Assembly (NCBI GenBank): GCA_003251175.1
Contig: QKHC01000114.1
Span: forward strand, 19,350 to 83,349
Direction: 5' to 3'
Length of the DNA: 64,000 nucleotides
From: Gemmatimonadota bacterium
GTDB lineage: Bacteria; Gemmatimonadota; Gemmatimonadetes; Gemmatimonadales; GWC2-71-9
In this document: one piece after another, positions 50,634 through 61,396 of the stretch
Position numbering within the stretch: the first letter of the stretch is position 1
Layout: every line of letters begins with the position of its first letter
The notes under the pieces: model-generated
What the model saw: the letters and a program-made list of their open reading frames with translations, nothing else
The model's database searches: none
What the model was told of the DNA's origin: nothing
Translations under genes and position numbers: made by a program

Positions 50634-53045
50634 TCACACGACCAGGTTCACCAGTCGGTCGGGTACGTAAACGACTTTGCGTACCGGCTTCCCGTCGATG
50701 AACTTGCGGACCCCCGCCTCGGCCCGGGCGCGCTCCAGTGCGGCCGCCTCGGTCAGCCCGCGCGGCACCGTGAGTCTCGCGCGCAGCTTGCCGTTGACCT
50801 GCACGACCAGCTCGATTTCCTCCGCGGTGGCCAGCGTCTCGTCGTAGCTCGGCCAGCGCCCCGCGATGAAGATCGAGTCCGGGTGCCCCGCAGCGGACCA
50901 CAACTCTTCAGCCAGGTGCGGCGCGAAGGGTGCCAGCATCACGAGCAGCGGCTCCACCGCGGTCGGCAGCGTGCACTCGGCGCTGCGCAGCTCGTTGACG
51001 TACTCCATCATGGCCGCGATGGCGGTGTTGTAGCGCAGAGCGTCGGTGTCCGCAGTGACCTTGCGAATGGTCTGATGCAGCTTGCGCTCGACCCCCGCCG
51101 GCAGCGCGGCGGACCCGGCGCGCGCCGCCTCGTGTCCGAGGACCCAGACCCGATCGAGGAACCGGCGGATGCCCGTGATCCCCTCGTCGCGGAAGTCGCC
51201 GCCCTCCTGAAACGGACCCAGGAACATCAGGTACATGCGGAACGTGTCGGCGCCCCACTGCTGAATGTAGGCGTCGGGGACCACCACGTTGCCGCGCGAC
51301 TTTGACATCTTGGCGCCGTCCTTCACGATCAGCCCGTGTGCGCGGAGCTTGGGGAACGGCTCCTCGAAGCTGGTGTGGCCCAGCTCGTGCAGCACCATCG
51401 TGATGAAGCGAGAGTAGAGCAGGTGCAGCACGGCGTGCTCATTCCCCCCGATATACGTGCTCACGGGCAACCACGTCGCGGTGCGGGCGGGGTCGAACGC
51501 GCGATCGGCGAACTCCGTCGACGGATATCGCAGGAAGTACCACGACGAATCCAGGAACGTGTCGGATACGTCGGTTTCCCGCCGCGCCGCGGCACCGCAC
51601 CGCGGGCAAGGGACGTGATACCACTCCGCGTGGCGCGCCAGGGGCGACACCCCCGAATCATCGGGCTTGAAGTCCTCCACGAAGGGCAGCTCGACGGGCA
51701 GATCCTCGTCGGGGACGGCGACGGGACCGCACGCCCCACAGTGGATGATCGGAATCGGCGGGCCCCAGTATCGCTGGCGGGAGATGCACCAGTCGTGCAG
51801 GCGATACTGGACCTCGCGGTGGGCGCTGCCACTGCGCTCCAGCCACTCGACGATCTCGCGGGCCGCACGGTCGCAGGGCATACCGTCGAACGGCGCCGAC
51901 TGCATCAAGGTGCCGCTCGTCGAGACGATCGGGAGCGACTCTCCCTCGACCCGCACGACCTGCCGGATGGGCAGGTCGAACTCCTGGGCGAACTCGAAGT
52001 CGCGCTTGTCGTGCGCCGGCACCGCCATGATGGCGCCCGTCCCGTACTCCATCAGGACGTAGTCGGCGATCCACACGGGGATCGATTCGCCGGTCGCGGG
52101 ATTGCGCGCGTAGGTTCCGGTGAACACCCCCGTCTTGGCGCGGTCGCCCACCTTGCGCGATACGATGTCCTTGCCCTGCACCACGCGCTTGTATTCGCGG
52201 ACCTCGTGGCGCCGCTCCTCCAGCGTCAAGGCATCGACGAGGGGGTGTTCCGGTGCCAGCACAAGGTAGGTGGCGCCGAAAACGGTGTCGGGACGGGTGG
52301 TGAAGACGGCAATCGAATCACCGGTCGGCGTCTCGAACACCAGCGTCGCCCCTTCACTGCGACCGATCCAATTGCGTTGCAGTGTGACCGTGCTCTCGGA
52401 CCAGTCGAGCGAGTCGAGATTGTCCAGCAGACGCTGGGCGTAGCGCGTGATGCCGAAGAACCACTGCTCGAGAAACCGCTGCTCGACCTTGGTATCGGGA
52501 TGTCGCTCACAGTAACCGTTGACCACCTGCTCGTTGGCGAGCACCGTCTTGCACGTCGGGCACCAGTTCACCGCCGCTCGCTTGCGGTATGCCAGGCCAT
52601 GCTTGAACAGCTGCACGAACAGCCACTGCGTCCACTTGTAGTACGCCGGGTCCGTTGTGGAGAGCTCGTGCCGCCAGTCGAACATGCCGCCGAAACGCCG
52701 CAATTGCCTGCGGAAGGCATCGATGTTCCGGGGGATGAGCTTTGCCGGATGGGTGCCCACCGCAAGGGCATAGTTCTCGGAATGGATGCCGAATGCGTCG
52801 AAACCGATCGGCTCGAAGACCTCGAAGCCCTGGAGGCGGCGAAAGCGACCGAAGATGTCGGCCCCGGTGAATGCGAACAGGTTCCCGACGTGAAGCCCCT
52901 CGGCTGACGGATAGGGAAACATCATGAGGTTGTAGAACGGCCGCCGTGGATGATCGAGATCGGGCTCGTTCACGTGACGATCGGCCCAGCGTGCCTGCCA
53001 CGCCGCTTCGACAACCTGGGGATCGTAGACGGGGATGCTCGACAT
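50634..53045 (-). CDS. leuS: leucine--tRNA ligase
   Basis: Motifs MFPYPSAEGLHVGN (HIGH) and KMSKSRGN (KMSKS), plus the editing-domain insertion. 803 aa. Confidence 0.97.
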   Translation of the reverse strand: MSSIPVYDPQVVEAAWQARWADRHVNEPDLDHPRRPFYNLMMFPYPSAEGLHVGNLFAFTGADIFGRFRRLQGFEVFEPIGFDAFGIHSENYALAVGTHPAKLIPRNIDAFRRQLRRFGGMFDWRHELSTTDPAYYKWTQWLFVQLFKHGLAYRKRAAVNWCPTCKTVLANEQVVNGYCERHPDTKVEQRFLEQWFFGITRYAQRLLDNLDSLDWSESTVTLQRNWIGRSEGATLVFETPTGDSIAVFTTRPDTVFGATYLVLAPEHPLVDALTLEERRHEVREYKRVVQGKDIVSRKVGDRAKTGVFTGTYARNPATGESIPVWIADYVLMEYGTGAIMAVPAHDKRDFEFAQEFDLPIRQVVRVEGESLPIVSTSGTLMQSAPFDGMPCDRAAREIVEWLERSGSAHREVQYRLHDWCISRQRYWGPPIPIIHCGACGPVAVPDEDLPVELPFVEDFKPDDSGVSPLARHAEWYHVPCPRCGAAARRETDVSDTFLDSSWYFLRYPSTEFADRAFDPARTATWLPVSTYIGGNEHAVLHLLYSRFITMVLHELGHTSFEEPFPKLRAHGLIVKDGAKMSKSRGNVVVPDAYIQQWGADTFRMYLMFLGPFQEGGDFRDEGITGIRRFLDRVWVLGHEAARAGSAALPAGVERKLHQTIRKVTADTDALRYNTAIAAMMEYVNELRSAECTLPTAVEPLLVMLAPFAPHLAEELWSAAGHPDSIFIAGRWPSYDETLATAEEIELVVQVNGKLRARLTVPRGLTEAAALERARAEAGVRKFIDGKPVRKVVYVPDRLVNLVV

Positions 53046-53146
53046 AAGTGTTTGAAATTACACAGGATTGCGCCCGTGACCAATCGCCCGTAGCTTGCCG
53101 CTCACCGGTGTCCGTTCCAACCGCATCCCCCGACTAGCGCCGCGCG

Positions 53147-55228
53147 ATGGCCACCCGCACGCCACAGCTCCGACGCCGCTTTCTCGTCGCAGCCACGACG
53201 CTGGCCTTCCTCCTGGCGGGGGGCGCCGGCCTCATTGCGCGCCGCAGCGTCCGGGCCACCGTAGGGCGCCTGGCTGCCCAGCGGGGCTTGGAGGTGGCCA
53301 GCCACGCCGCGACCGCGCTCGGCCACTACACCCAGGCACAGCGCAGACTCACGGAGGTCCTGGCGGCCTCGCCAGAAGTCGCGGCGGCGGTCGACGCGGC
53401 CGCCGCCCGTGCGGTCACGATGGGGCTCGACCGTCCCGACGCCCAGGGACGACCACCCCTCGATGCCGCGCTGGGGCGCTATCTCAGCGATGCGTCGCGG
53501 CGCGCTGGCTTCGCGCAGGCCACGCTGACCGAGCGGTATGGCCATGTCGTCGCAACGACTGCGCCGCTCACGTCGTTCGTTCCCGCCGACCAACCGTGGT
53601 GGCAGGAGGCGATGACAAGCGGTCAGACTGCTGTCACGGCACAGTATGACTCGGCGCTCGGGAGCGTGGCGCTGAACGTTGCCACCGGAGTTCGCGGTGC
53701 TCGCGGCCAGACCGTCGGGGTCATCGGGACAGTCTCACCACTCGCCGACCTCGCGGCGTTGCTCACTCGTGCAGTGGCCGGCGACGGCGCATCGCTCACC
53801 GTGGTCGACGGCCCCGGTCGCCTCGTGATCGCGTCCGAGGCCGCCGTGTCGCTGCAGCCCCTGGCGGACGCGGACGTCGTGCCGCGTGCGGCTGAGCCGA
53901 CTGTGAAATCGATTGTAACGTCCCGCGGGACCGAATTGATTGCCTCGGTCCCCGTACCCGACCGCGATTGGTGGGTCGTGTTCCGCCAACCCGGGAGGGC
54001 TGTGTTTGCCGACGCGGCCACGACGCTGCGCGCCATCTACGGTGGTCTGGTCGTGCTGCTCGCGGCCGCGGGCGCCCTCCTGTGGCAGCTCCTGCGCTGG
54101 GTCGACCGGCGCGTCACGCGCCCCGTGCATCGAGCCGGAGCAGTGGCGGCCCGGGTCGCAGACGGGGACCTCACCGTGACGGTGGCCGCTGAAGAGGGGG
54201 AGACGGCGGAGGTCGCGGAGCTGAGCGGGGCCCTGCGGGGCATGCTCGCCGCCCTGCGGCGCCTGGTGGGTACCATCCGCACCACAGCCGAGGAAGCGGC
54301 CGCCATGGCTGCCGAGATTTCCGCCTCTACCCAGCAGATGACCGCGTCCACCGAAGAGATGGCGTCGACGTGCCAGGATCTGTCGCAGCGCTCGGGTGAC
54401 CAGGCGCAGCTCGTGCGGGCGGCGGCGGAGGATGCCACGAAGGTGCTGGAGATCGCGTCAGTCCTCGCCAGCGGGGCGGAGGACTCCGTGCGTCGCAACA
54501 CCGCGCTGGCGGCCACCGCCCAGGAGCATCGGACACATCTCGACCAGAGCGCGCAGGCACTGGCCCGGCTGGCGGACGAGGTGGAGCGAGGCTTTCAGGA
54601 GGCGGACGCGCTGGCGCGGGCGTCGGAGCAGATCCAGAAGTTCGTGACGCAAACGAAGTCCATCGCGATGCAGACAAACATGCTGGCGTTGAATGCCGCG
54701 ATCGAGGCGGCGCGGGCCGGCCAGCAGGGTCGCGGCTTTGCGGTAGTCGCCGACGAAGTGCGCAAGCTGGCATCGGTGGCCGCGGTCGCCGCCACGGAGA
54801 CAGCCGAAACTATGGGCGGGGTGCTCGCCCGGGTCCGCGCCAATCGAGACCGGCTGGAGCGACTCGCGGAGGGCGGAGCAGCGGCCCGCGCCGTGGCCGA
54901 GGGCGCGGCGCGCGGATTAGGTGCCGTCACCAGTGAAGCGCAGGCGAACGACGCGTGGAGCCGGGAAATCGCGATGTCGGCCGGGGAGGTCCGGGCCCTG
55001 GTGGACGAGATCGTGCAACGACTTCAGGCCCTCGCGCAGGGCACGGACTCCCTGCTCGCCTCGACCGAAGAGATCGCCGCCTCGAGCCAGGAGCAGAGCG
55101 CCTCCACGGAGGAAATCGCCTCGTCGGCCAACCAACTGGCCACCGCGGCCGATCAGCTCACGGCGGCCGTGAAGTCCTTCCGCTTGTCCGACACCGCCGG
55201 AACGGACGCAACCCCACGTACGCGGTGA
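53147..55228 (+). CDS. methyl-accepting chemotaxis protein (periplasmic sensor domain, HAMP, MA domain)
   Basis: N-terminal TM helix, an approx 270-aa periplasmic domain, a second TM helix, HAMP, and the highly conserved ..[37 protein letters not shown].. Confidence 0.9.
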   Translation: MATRTPQLRRRFLVAATTLAFLLAGGAGLIARRSVRATVGRLAAQRGLEVASHAATALGHYTQAQRRLTEVLAASPEVAAAVDAAAARAVTMGLDRPDAQGRPPLDAALGRYLSDASRRAGFAQATLTERYGHVVATTAPLTSFVPADQPWWQEAMTSGQTAVTAQYDSALGSVALNVATGVRGARGQTVGVIGTVSPLADLAALLTRAVAGDGASLTVVDGPGRLVIASEAAVSLQPLADADVVPRAAEPTVKSIVTSRGTELIASVPVPDRDWWVVFRQPGRAVFADAATTLRAIYGGLVVLLAAAGALLWQLLRWVDRRVTRPVHRAGAVAARVADGDLTVTVAAEEGETAEVAELSGALRGMLAALRRLVGTIRTTAEEAAAMAAEISASTQQMTASTEEMASTCQDLSQRSGDQAQLVRAAAEDATKVLEIASVLASGAEDSVRRNTALAATAQEHRTHLDQSAQALARLADEVERGFQEADALARASEQIQKFVTQTKSIAMQTNMLALNAAIEAARAGQQGRGFAVVADEVRKLASVAAVAATETAETMGGVLARVRANRDRLERLAEGGAAARAVAEGAARGLGAVTSEAQANDAWSREIAMSAGEVRALVDEIVQRLQALAQGTDSLLASTEEIAASSQEQSASTEEIASSANQLATAADQLTAAVKSFRLSDTAGTDATPRTR

Positions 55229-55245
55229 CCGCACGATCGTCGATC

Positions 55246-56802
55246 ATGCGTTCGGTCACGCAGCGCGGAGGAATGCTGATGCTTGCTTCACCGTCCAACC
55301 TCTCTCGAAGCTTCCCGATCGCGCTCCTGGTGCTCGCCAGCCCCCTCGTCGGCCAGCAGCTAACCGATGCCCCGTGCGACTTCAGCCACGTTCCGGGTGT
55401 CATCTGGTGGGGTACCGACACGACCATGTCGCTGGCACAGCTGGCGTCCTACGCGGCTCCCATCTACTGGTTCTCTCCCGACGAGCCGCTGCTGCGGGGG
55501 CGCCGCGGCGCCGACATCCGAATTCCGGAAGTGATCCCGGGGGAGTCTCCGGCCGACGGTCCGGTCGTCTATTACCAGGTCAACCGCGTGCTGTCCAAGC
55601 CCGAGGCCACCCGAGCCGCCTTCAGGCGAGACAGCACCGACCCGGGCCGTGGGGTCGTTCACCTCGCGAGCGTCGGCGCCATCAGCCTGATCTACGTTGC
55701 CTACCTCTCGCAGGAAACCGGCCTCGGTGCGCATCAACACGATACGGAGACCACCGAGTTCCGCATCATCGTGGTACCGAGCACGTGGTCGAAACTCGAG
55801 CAATTCCCCGGCACGCGGTGTGCGCGAACGAACCAGGTGCTGATCGTCACCCGGGTGTCGGCCAAGGCCCACGGCCTGGTCTGGTTCTGGAACGTGATCG
55901 AGACCCGGGAGGATGAAGCGATCGAGTTTCCGATGCACCTGCTGGTCGAGGAAGGCAAACACGGGATCGGTACCGACAAGAATGGCGACGGCTACTTCAC
56001 GCCGGGGTATGACGTGAACGTGAGGGTCAACGACGCCTGGGGGGTGCGCGACAACCTGCGCACGGGGCTGCTCGGCTCCGGCGGGTATCAGCCGTGGATG
56101 ACGAAAGTGCGGCGTCCCGAGCACCGGGTGTTTCCGCCGCTGCCGGATGACAGCCCGTTGCGCGCGGGCCTGGCCGAGACGATCGGCGACCAACCCCACG
56201 CCGTCTACCAATTGCGGCCGTACCCGTCGGCGGCGATCGCCGGGAACGACCACGGCCTGGCCCACATGATCGCAAACCACGCGGTGCCCGGGTGGCCCGA
56301 GGTGGGCGGGCTCCATGACACCCGGCAGTGGGCCAAATGGGTGAACGACGGCGCCGCGCTCAAGTCATTGTCGATCGCTGCCCGTCTCGACGGCACCACA
56401 GTCGGCCTGTCATGGGTGTTCCCGTTCTTCGTCGTCCGGCATCTCGAGGAACCGATCGCCGGCGGTTACATCGTGCAGCGCATGTACCTCAGCGACAAAG
56501 GGTGGCGGGACTTCGGCTGGATGGCGATGTACACGCCTTCGGCGTCGCGTTGGCTGGACACCTATCTGGCGGCCGGCGGCGAACACGATGTCGAAGCGGA
56601 TTCGATCGGGACTGAGACTGGGAAATGGGATTTCGTGTTCGAGACGGGACTCAAGTTCCGCGTCAACGTCGAGCACTCGCCGCTCAAGTTCCTGTCGTTC
56701 GCCACACCGTACTGGGGACTGCGCGCGGGAATCAAGAACCGGGGCTTTTTCGACGTCAATCGCCTAACCTACGTGCTCGAGTTCGGCGCCGGCTCGTTCT
56801 GA
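55246..56802 (+). CDS. large secreted / outer-membrane-like protein, unknown function (518 aa)
   Basis: Signal-like N-terminus ..FPIALLVLASPLVGQQ. The C-terminal third has a beta-strand pattern ending ..YVLEFGAGSF (terminal Phe). Alternative start is ATG 55273. No family recognised. Confidence 0.6.
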   Translation: MRSVTQRGGMLMLASPSNLSRSFPIALLVLASPLVGQQLTDAPCDFSHVPGVIWWGTDTTMSLAQLASYAAPIYWFSPDEPLLRGRRGADIRIPEVIPGESPADGPVVYYQVNRVLSKPEATRAAFRRDSTDPGRGVVHLASVGAISLIYVAYLSQETGLGAHQHDTETTEFRIIVVPSTWSKLEQFPGTRCARTNQVLIVTRVSAKAHGLVWFWNVIETREDEAIEFPMHLLVEEGKHGIGTDKNGDGYFTPGYDVNVRVNDAWGVRDNLRTGLLGSGGYQPWMTKVRRPEHRVFPPLPDDSPLRAGLAETIGDQPHAVYQLRPYPSAAIAGNDHGLAHMIANHAVPGWPEVGGLHDTRQWAKWVNDGAALKSLSIAARLDGTTVGLSWVFPFFVVRHLEEPIAGGYIVQRMYLSDKGWRDFGWMAMYTPSASRWLDTYLAAGGEHDVEADSIGTETGKWDFVFETGLKFRVNVEHSPLKFLSFATPYWGLRAGIKNRGFFDVNRLTYVLEFGAGSF

Positions 56803-58415
56803 GCCGCATCCGGCTCCGGACTGCGCAGGTCGGCGAGCCGGACACGGACGACGTCCGTCTGGCCCGCCAGCGCCCGCAGCACGTCGTCCGTGACGGGCTG
56901 GTCGACCGTGATCGCCGCCAACGCATCGCCGGCGGCGGCGGGATGGCGGGACTGGTGGTAGCTGCTGATGTTGATCCCCGCCTGCCCCAGCACCGTACCG
57001 ACTCGGCCGATGACTCCGGGCACGTCGCGATTGCGGATCACCAGCATCCAGCCCTCGGGCGCCACGTCCACCTCGAACTCGTCGATGCGAATCACCCGCC
57101 CCGTGCGGCCCCCGGTGAGGGCCCCCATCACCTGCGTGCGCCCCTGTGGTGTCTCGACCCGCACACCCACGGTTGCTTCGAAACCCGCTTCCGGCGCGCC
57201 GACCTTGCGCGCCACCTCAATGCCGCGCTCCTCCGCGATGAGCAACGCGTTGACCATGCTCACGGGCGTCGCGCCGTTGGCGCTCGAGAGCAGACCCTCC
57301 ACCGCCGCTACCGTGAGGGGACGCAGGGCAGGCTCGTCCTTCCCACCGTAGGCGACTTCCACTCGCTGCACCGGACCACTCGATAGCTCCATCCCCAGGC
57401 GGCCCAGGCTCCGGGCCAGCTCCATCAGCGGGGCCAGCCGCCGCAGCAGGTCCCCCGACACGCCCGGCACGTTGATCGCGGACGAGTAGTCACCTTCGAG
57501 CAGCGCATCCCTGACCGCGACGCAGATCTCCTGCGCCACGCGCTCCTGCGCTTCCGCCGTCGACGCGGCCAGGTGGGGCGTGAGGATCACCCGGTCGAGC
57601 TGTCGGAGGGGCGAGTCGGCGGGGAGCGGCTCCACAGCGAAGACGTCGATTGCGGCACCCGCGATGCGCTGATCGCGGATCGCCGCCGCCAGCGCGGCCT
57701 CATCCACCAGCTCTCCGCGCGCCGTGTTCACGAGTACCGCCGTGGGTTTCACCAGCACCAGGCGTTCAGCGTTGATCAGATGACGGGTCGCTTCGGTCAG
57801 CGCCACGTGCAGACTGATCACATCGGACACACCCAGCAGCTGCTCCAACGGCAGCACCTTCACCTGCAACTCCGTCGCACGCTCGGCCGGCAGGAACGGG
57901 TCGTGCGCGACCACGTTCATGCCGAATGCCCTGGCCAGCTGCGCCACGTGGCCACCGATGCGCCCCAGCCCCACGATACCGATCGTCTTACCACGCAGCT
58001 CGCGTCCTTCGAACCGCTTCCGATCCCACTCCCCCCGTCGCATCGCCTCCGCCGCCCATGGAATGTGCCGCAGCAGCGCCAGCAGCAGCCCCAGCGTGTG
58101 CTCGGCGGCGCTCACCGTGTTGGCCCCCGGCGTGTTCATCACCGCGACTCCGCGGCGCGTGGCCGCCGCGACGTCGATCGTGTCCACTCCGGTCCCCGCG
58201 CGGGCCACCAGCCGCAGATGAGGCGCCCGGGACAGCAGCTCGGCCGTCACGCGGGTCTCGCTCCGCACGATCAGGGCCTGGGCCGACGCGAGCGCGAGCT
58301 CGAGCGCTTCCTTTCCCTTCCCGGCGACGTTGACGGTCTCGATGCCCGAACTCTCGGCGAGCACCGCCACGCCCGTGGCGGCCACCCGGTCCGCGATAAC
58401 GACGCGCCGGGTCAT
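56769..58415 (-). CDS. serA: D-3-phosphoglycerate dehydrogenase (long form with ACT domain)
   Basis: GKTIGIVGLGRIGGHVA (NAD binding), the ..RGELVDEAAL.. and ..TPHLAAST.. motifs, and a C-terminal ASB and ACT region. Confidence 0.95.
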   Translation of the reverse strand: MTRRVVIADRVAATGVAVLAESSGIETVNVAGKGKEALELALASAQALIVRSETRVTAELLSRAPHLRLVARAGTGVDTIDVAAATRRGVAVMNTPGANTVSAAEHTLGLLLALLRHIPWAAEAMRRGEWDRKRFEGRELRGKTIGIVGLGRIGGHVAQLARAFGMNVVAHDPFLPAERATELQVKVLPLEQLLGVSDVISLHVALTEATRHLINAERLVLVKPTAVLVNTARGELVDEAALAAAIRDQRIAGAAIDVFAVEPLPADSPLRQLDRVILTPHLAASTAEAQERVAQEICVAVRDALLEGDYSSAINVPGVSGDLLRRLAPLMELARSLGRLGMELSSGPVQRVEVAYGGKDEPALRPLTVAAVEGLLSSANGATPVSMVNALLIAEERGIEVARKVGAPEAGFEATVGVRVETPQGRTQVMGALTGGRTGRVIRIDEFEVDVAPEGWMLVIRNRDVPGVIGRVGTVLGQAGINISSYHQSRHPAAAGDALAAITVDQPVTDDVLRALAGQTDVVRVRLADLRSPEPDAAQNEPAPNSST

Positions 58416-59515
58416 CTCAGCTCACCCTCAACCAGCGCGAGCAGCTCGTCGAGCGCCGCCAACGTGTGGTCCCCCATGTGCCCGATGCGAATGGTGGAAT
58501 CCTTGAGGGGCCCATATCCCGATCCGATCGTCCAGCCGGCACGCTTGAGCGCGGCCGTGACATCCTTGGCGACCTTCCCTTCGGGCAGGCGGAGACACGA
58601 CACCGTCCAGCTGCGCCGCCCCGGTGGAGGCAGGTAGGCGACGCCGCGGTCCGACGCCCACGTTTCGACGCGACGCCGCATCGCATCGTGCCGGGCCCAG
58701 CGCGCTTCGATGCCGCCCTCCCGCTCGATCCGGGCGAGTTGCGTCTCGAGCGCGAACAGCAGTGAAATCGCTGGCGTGTTGGTCGGCTGGAACCGCCGCA
58801 TCGCCGCTTCGAAACTCACCAGATCGAAGTACAGGCCCCGCGCGGGCAGCGAGTCGGCCCGCTCGCGCATCCGGTCGGAGGCGACGGCCAGCGCCAGACC
58901 GGGCGGCAGCGCCAGCGCCTTCTGGGAACCAGTGAGGGTGAAATCGAGGCCCCACGCATCGGGCTCCACCGGCGATCCGGCGAGAGAGGTGACCGCATCC
59001 ACCAGCAGCAGCACGTCGTCGAACTCCTGCACCACCTCGGCAAAGCCCGCGACGTCCTGGAGGACCCCAGTCGAGGTTTCGGAATGAACCACGGTGACCG
59101 CGTCCACGCGGTTGCGCCGCAAGGCATCGCGCAGCATGTCCGGCTCCACCGCCGTCCCCAACGGGACCTCCAGCCGTACGCTGTGCTTGCCGCAGGCCGT
59201 CACCAGCTTGGCAAAGCGGTCGCTGAAGGATCCGTTCACGATGGACAGGGCCCGCTCCCGCACGCCGTTGCGGACCGCCATTTCCATGAAGCCCGTGGCC
59301 GAGGTCGTGCCGACCAGCACCACCCCCCGCGTGCGGAATAGCGCGCCGAGCGGAGCCGCGATGCGCTCCAGCAGCTCCTCCATCGCGCGGGAGCGATGAC
59401 CGATCATCGGCCGTTGCATCGCCGCCAACACTTCGGGATGAACGTCGGTCGGGCCGGGAAGAAAGAACTTGCCGAACGCGGGGGTAACCGCGGGAGGGGA
59501 CTGCAGGGCCGTCAT
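58412..59515 (-). CDS. class-V aminotransferase (AGXT/SerC-like; probably phosphoserine aminotransferase given coupling to serA)
   Basis: FLPGPTDVHPEVL, VVHSETSTGV and TGSQKALALPPG (PLP lysine). GGAG lies 8 nt before ATG 59515. The stop overlaps the serA start (ATGA). Confidence 0.85.
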   Translation of the reverse strand: MTALQSPPAVTPAFGKFFLPGPTDVHPEVLAAMQRPMIGHRSRAMEELLERIAAPLGALFRTRGVVLVGTTSATGFMEMAVRNGVRERALSIVNGSFSDRFAKLVTACGKHSVRLEVPLGTAVEPDMLRDALRRNRVDAVTVVHSETSTGVLQDVAGFAEVVQEFDDVLLLVDAVTSLAGSPVEPDAWGLDFTLTGSQKALALPPGLALAVASDRMRERADSLPARGLYFDLVSFEAAMRRFQPTNTPAISLLFALETQLARIEREGGIEARWARHDAMRRRVETWASDRGVAYLPPPGRRSWTVSCLRLPEGKVAKDVTAALKRAGWTIGSGYGPLKDSTIRIGHMGDHTLAALDELLALVEGELR

Positions 59516-59723
59516 ACGCATCGCTCCGCGGGCGCGATCGCGCGCGCCCGCCGACATTGTCATCGGTCGTTGCCAACTCGACACCGCGCCCGTGCCGGCC
59601 CCGGTCGGCACCCTGGGCGCCGACCAGCCGCCGTCCCGTCGCATGAGTCGGCGACGGCAATCTATCGGGGTTGGGGAGCGGGTGGCAGTGCGTCGACCGC
59701 CGGCAGCCCGCCGAGATCCGGGA

Positions 59724-60239
59724 TCAGGCCGGCAGCGGCAGCACCACCGCCACCTCGTCGCAGGCATCCTGCCGCGGACAGCGCGCGCAGTCGGCCCACA
59801 CCTTGAGCGGGAAGTGGCTGCGTTCGGCCGGGAAGAACCCCAGCCGGGCGAAGAACAGCGGCTGTCGCGTCAGGGCAAAAACCTCGGCAACGGCGAGGCT
59901 TCGCGCCTCCGCGATGGCGGCCTCGCAGAGCCGACGCCCTACCCCCCTGCCCTGCCATTCGGTCTGCACCGCCAGCGCCGCCAGCTCGGCGAGGTCGAGC
60001 GAGTAGAGCTTCAGCGCCACACAGCCGATGAGACCCCCATCGGGGGCGACCGCCACGTGGTACTCACGGATGTGCCGGCAGAGGTCGTAGCGGCTGCGGG
60101 GCAACAGCTCTCCCGCCTCGACCCACGGTGCCTGCAGGGCCTCGATGGACGGAGCATCCGACAGTCGCGCCTCCCGCAGGATCGGCGAGGGTGATGGGGC
60201 CGCGGGCCCCGGCGGTGGTGCCAGCGGCAGCACGCTCAC
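59724..60239 (-). CDS. short GNAT acetyltransferase, ArgA-like (candidate single-domain N-acetylglutamate synthase)
   Basis: GTG 60239 overlaps the argD stop (GTGA). AVQTEWQGRGVGRRLCEAAI is the acetyl-CoA motif. The C-terminal KVWADCARCPRQDACDEVAV matches the Cys-rich tail seen in COG1246-type ArgA proteins (from memory). Confidence 0.65.
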   Translation of the reverse strand: MSVLPLAPPPGPAAPSPSPILREARLSDAPSIEALQAPWVEAGELLPRSRYDLCRHIREYHVAVAPDGGLIGCVALKLYSLDLAELAALAVQTEWQGRGVGRRLCEAAIAEARSLAVAEVFALTRQPLFFARLGFFPAERSHFPLKVWADCARCPRQDACDEVAVVLPLPA

Positions 60240-61393
60240 GCCAGGACCTCCTCCAGCACCCCGACACCGCGGTCGAGGGCGGCCGTATCGACGATCAATG
60301 GTGGTACGAGCCGTATCACGTTGGCGCCGGCGGACAGCACCAGGACGCCGCCCGCGCGGGCCGCCGCGATGACCGGTGCCGCCGGCTCGTGCAGCTCCAT
60401 CCCCCACATCAGGCCCACTCCCCGCACCTCCCTGATCCGACGGCGGCGCGCCGCCAGCGCCCGCAACCGCGTCCCCAACCAGGTTCCGGTGGTGCGTACC
60501 GCCTCGAGGAACCCGGGGTCGGCGATCGTGGTGACGACCGCCCGCGCAACCGAAGCTACGAGCGGGCCACCACCGAACGTCGTGGCATGATCGCCGGGCT
60601 CGATCGCCTCCGCGACATCAGGCCCGAGCAGCACGGCGCCCATCGGGAATCCCCCGGCGAGCGGCTTGGCGAGGGTGAGCAGATCCGGAACGACGCCGCT
60701 GTGCTCGTAGGCAAACAGCACACCGGTGCGCCCCAGCCCGCACTGCACCTCGTCGAAGATCAGTGCCACCCCGCGGTCGTCGCACAAGCGACGCAGATAC
60801 CCGAGCCACTCCGGCGACACGGGGCGGACGCCGCCTTCACCCTGCACGGGCTCAATGATCACCGCCGCGGTGCCGTCGGTGCGCACCGCCCGCTCTGTGG
60901 CGGCGCGATCACCCAGCGGCACGATCTGCACGCCGCCCAGCAACGGCTCGAACGGCCGGCGGTAGTCGGGGCGGTCGGTCGCCGCGAGGGAAGCAAAGAG
61001 GCGGCCGTGGAATCCGCCGCTGAACGCGACGATGTCGGTCTTGCCGGTCCAGCGCCGCGCGAACTTGAACGCCCCCTCGTTTGCCTCCGCTCCGGAATTG
61101 CAGAAGAAGACGGCGCTGGCGAACGAGTGGCGAGCGAGCAGCTCGGCGAGGCGCTCGGCGGGATCCGAGTGATAGAGGTTGGAAAGGTGGACCAGCCCTG
61201 TCGCCAGGGCCGCATCCACGGCGGCGCGGATCACGGGATGTCCATACCCGAGGGCGTTGACCGCGATGCCGGCGGTGAGATCGAGGTAGCGGGTGCCATC
61301 GGCGGCCACCAACTCGCACCCCTCACCGGCGACGAACGTGGGGCCGACGCGCGGATACACCCCCAGCAGGGCGGAGGCTGCGATGGTGGTCAT
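60236..61393 (-). CDS. argD: acetylornithine aminotransferase
   Basis: Class-III aminotransferase motifs: DLTAGIAVNALGYGHP, FCNSGAEANEGA, IFDEVQCGLGRTG and TLAKPLAGG. Confidence 0.93.
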   Translation of the reverse strand: MTTIAASALLGVYPRVGPTFVAGEGCELVAADGTRYLDLTAGIAVNALGYGHPVIRAAVDAALATGLVHLSNLYHSDPAERLAELLARHSFASAVFFCNSGAEANEGAFKFARRWTGKTDIVAFSGGFHGRLFASLAATDRPDYRRPFEPLLGGVQIVPLGDRAATERAVRTDGTAAVIIEPVQGEGGVRPVSPEWLGYLRRLCDDRGVALIFDEVQCGLGRTGVLFAYEHSGVVPDLLTLAKPLAGGFPMGAVLLGPDVAEAIEPGDHATTFGGGPLVASVARAVVTTIADPGFLEAVRTTGTWLGTRLRALAARRRRIREVRGVGLMWGMELHEPAAPVIAAARAGGVLVLSAGANVIRLVPPLIVDTAALDRGVGVLEEVLA

Positions 61394-61396
61394 GAA

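Noticed and set aside
59516-59723. About 200-bp leader upstream of the aminotransferase-serA operon, with several GC hairpins (for example CGGGCGCG-cgcgat-CGCGCCCG). Considered as a T-box, riboswitch or attenuator.
   Set aside because: No specifier or antiterminator arrangement, leader peptide or known riboswitch motif is recognisable. GC hairpins are expected by chance at this composition.
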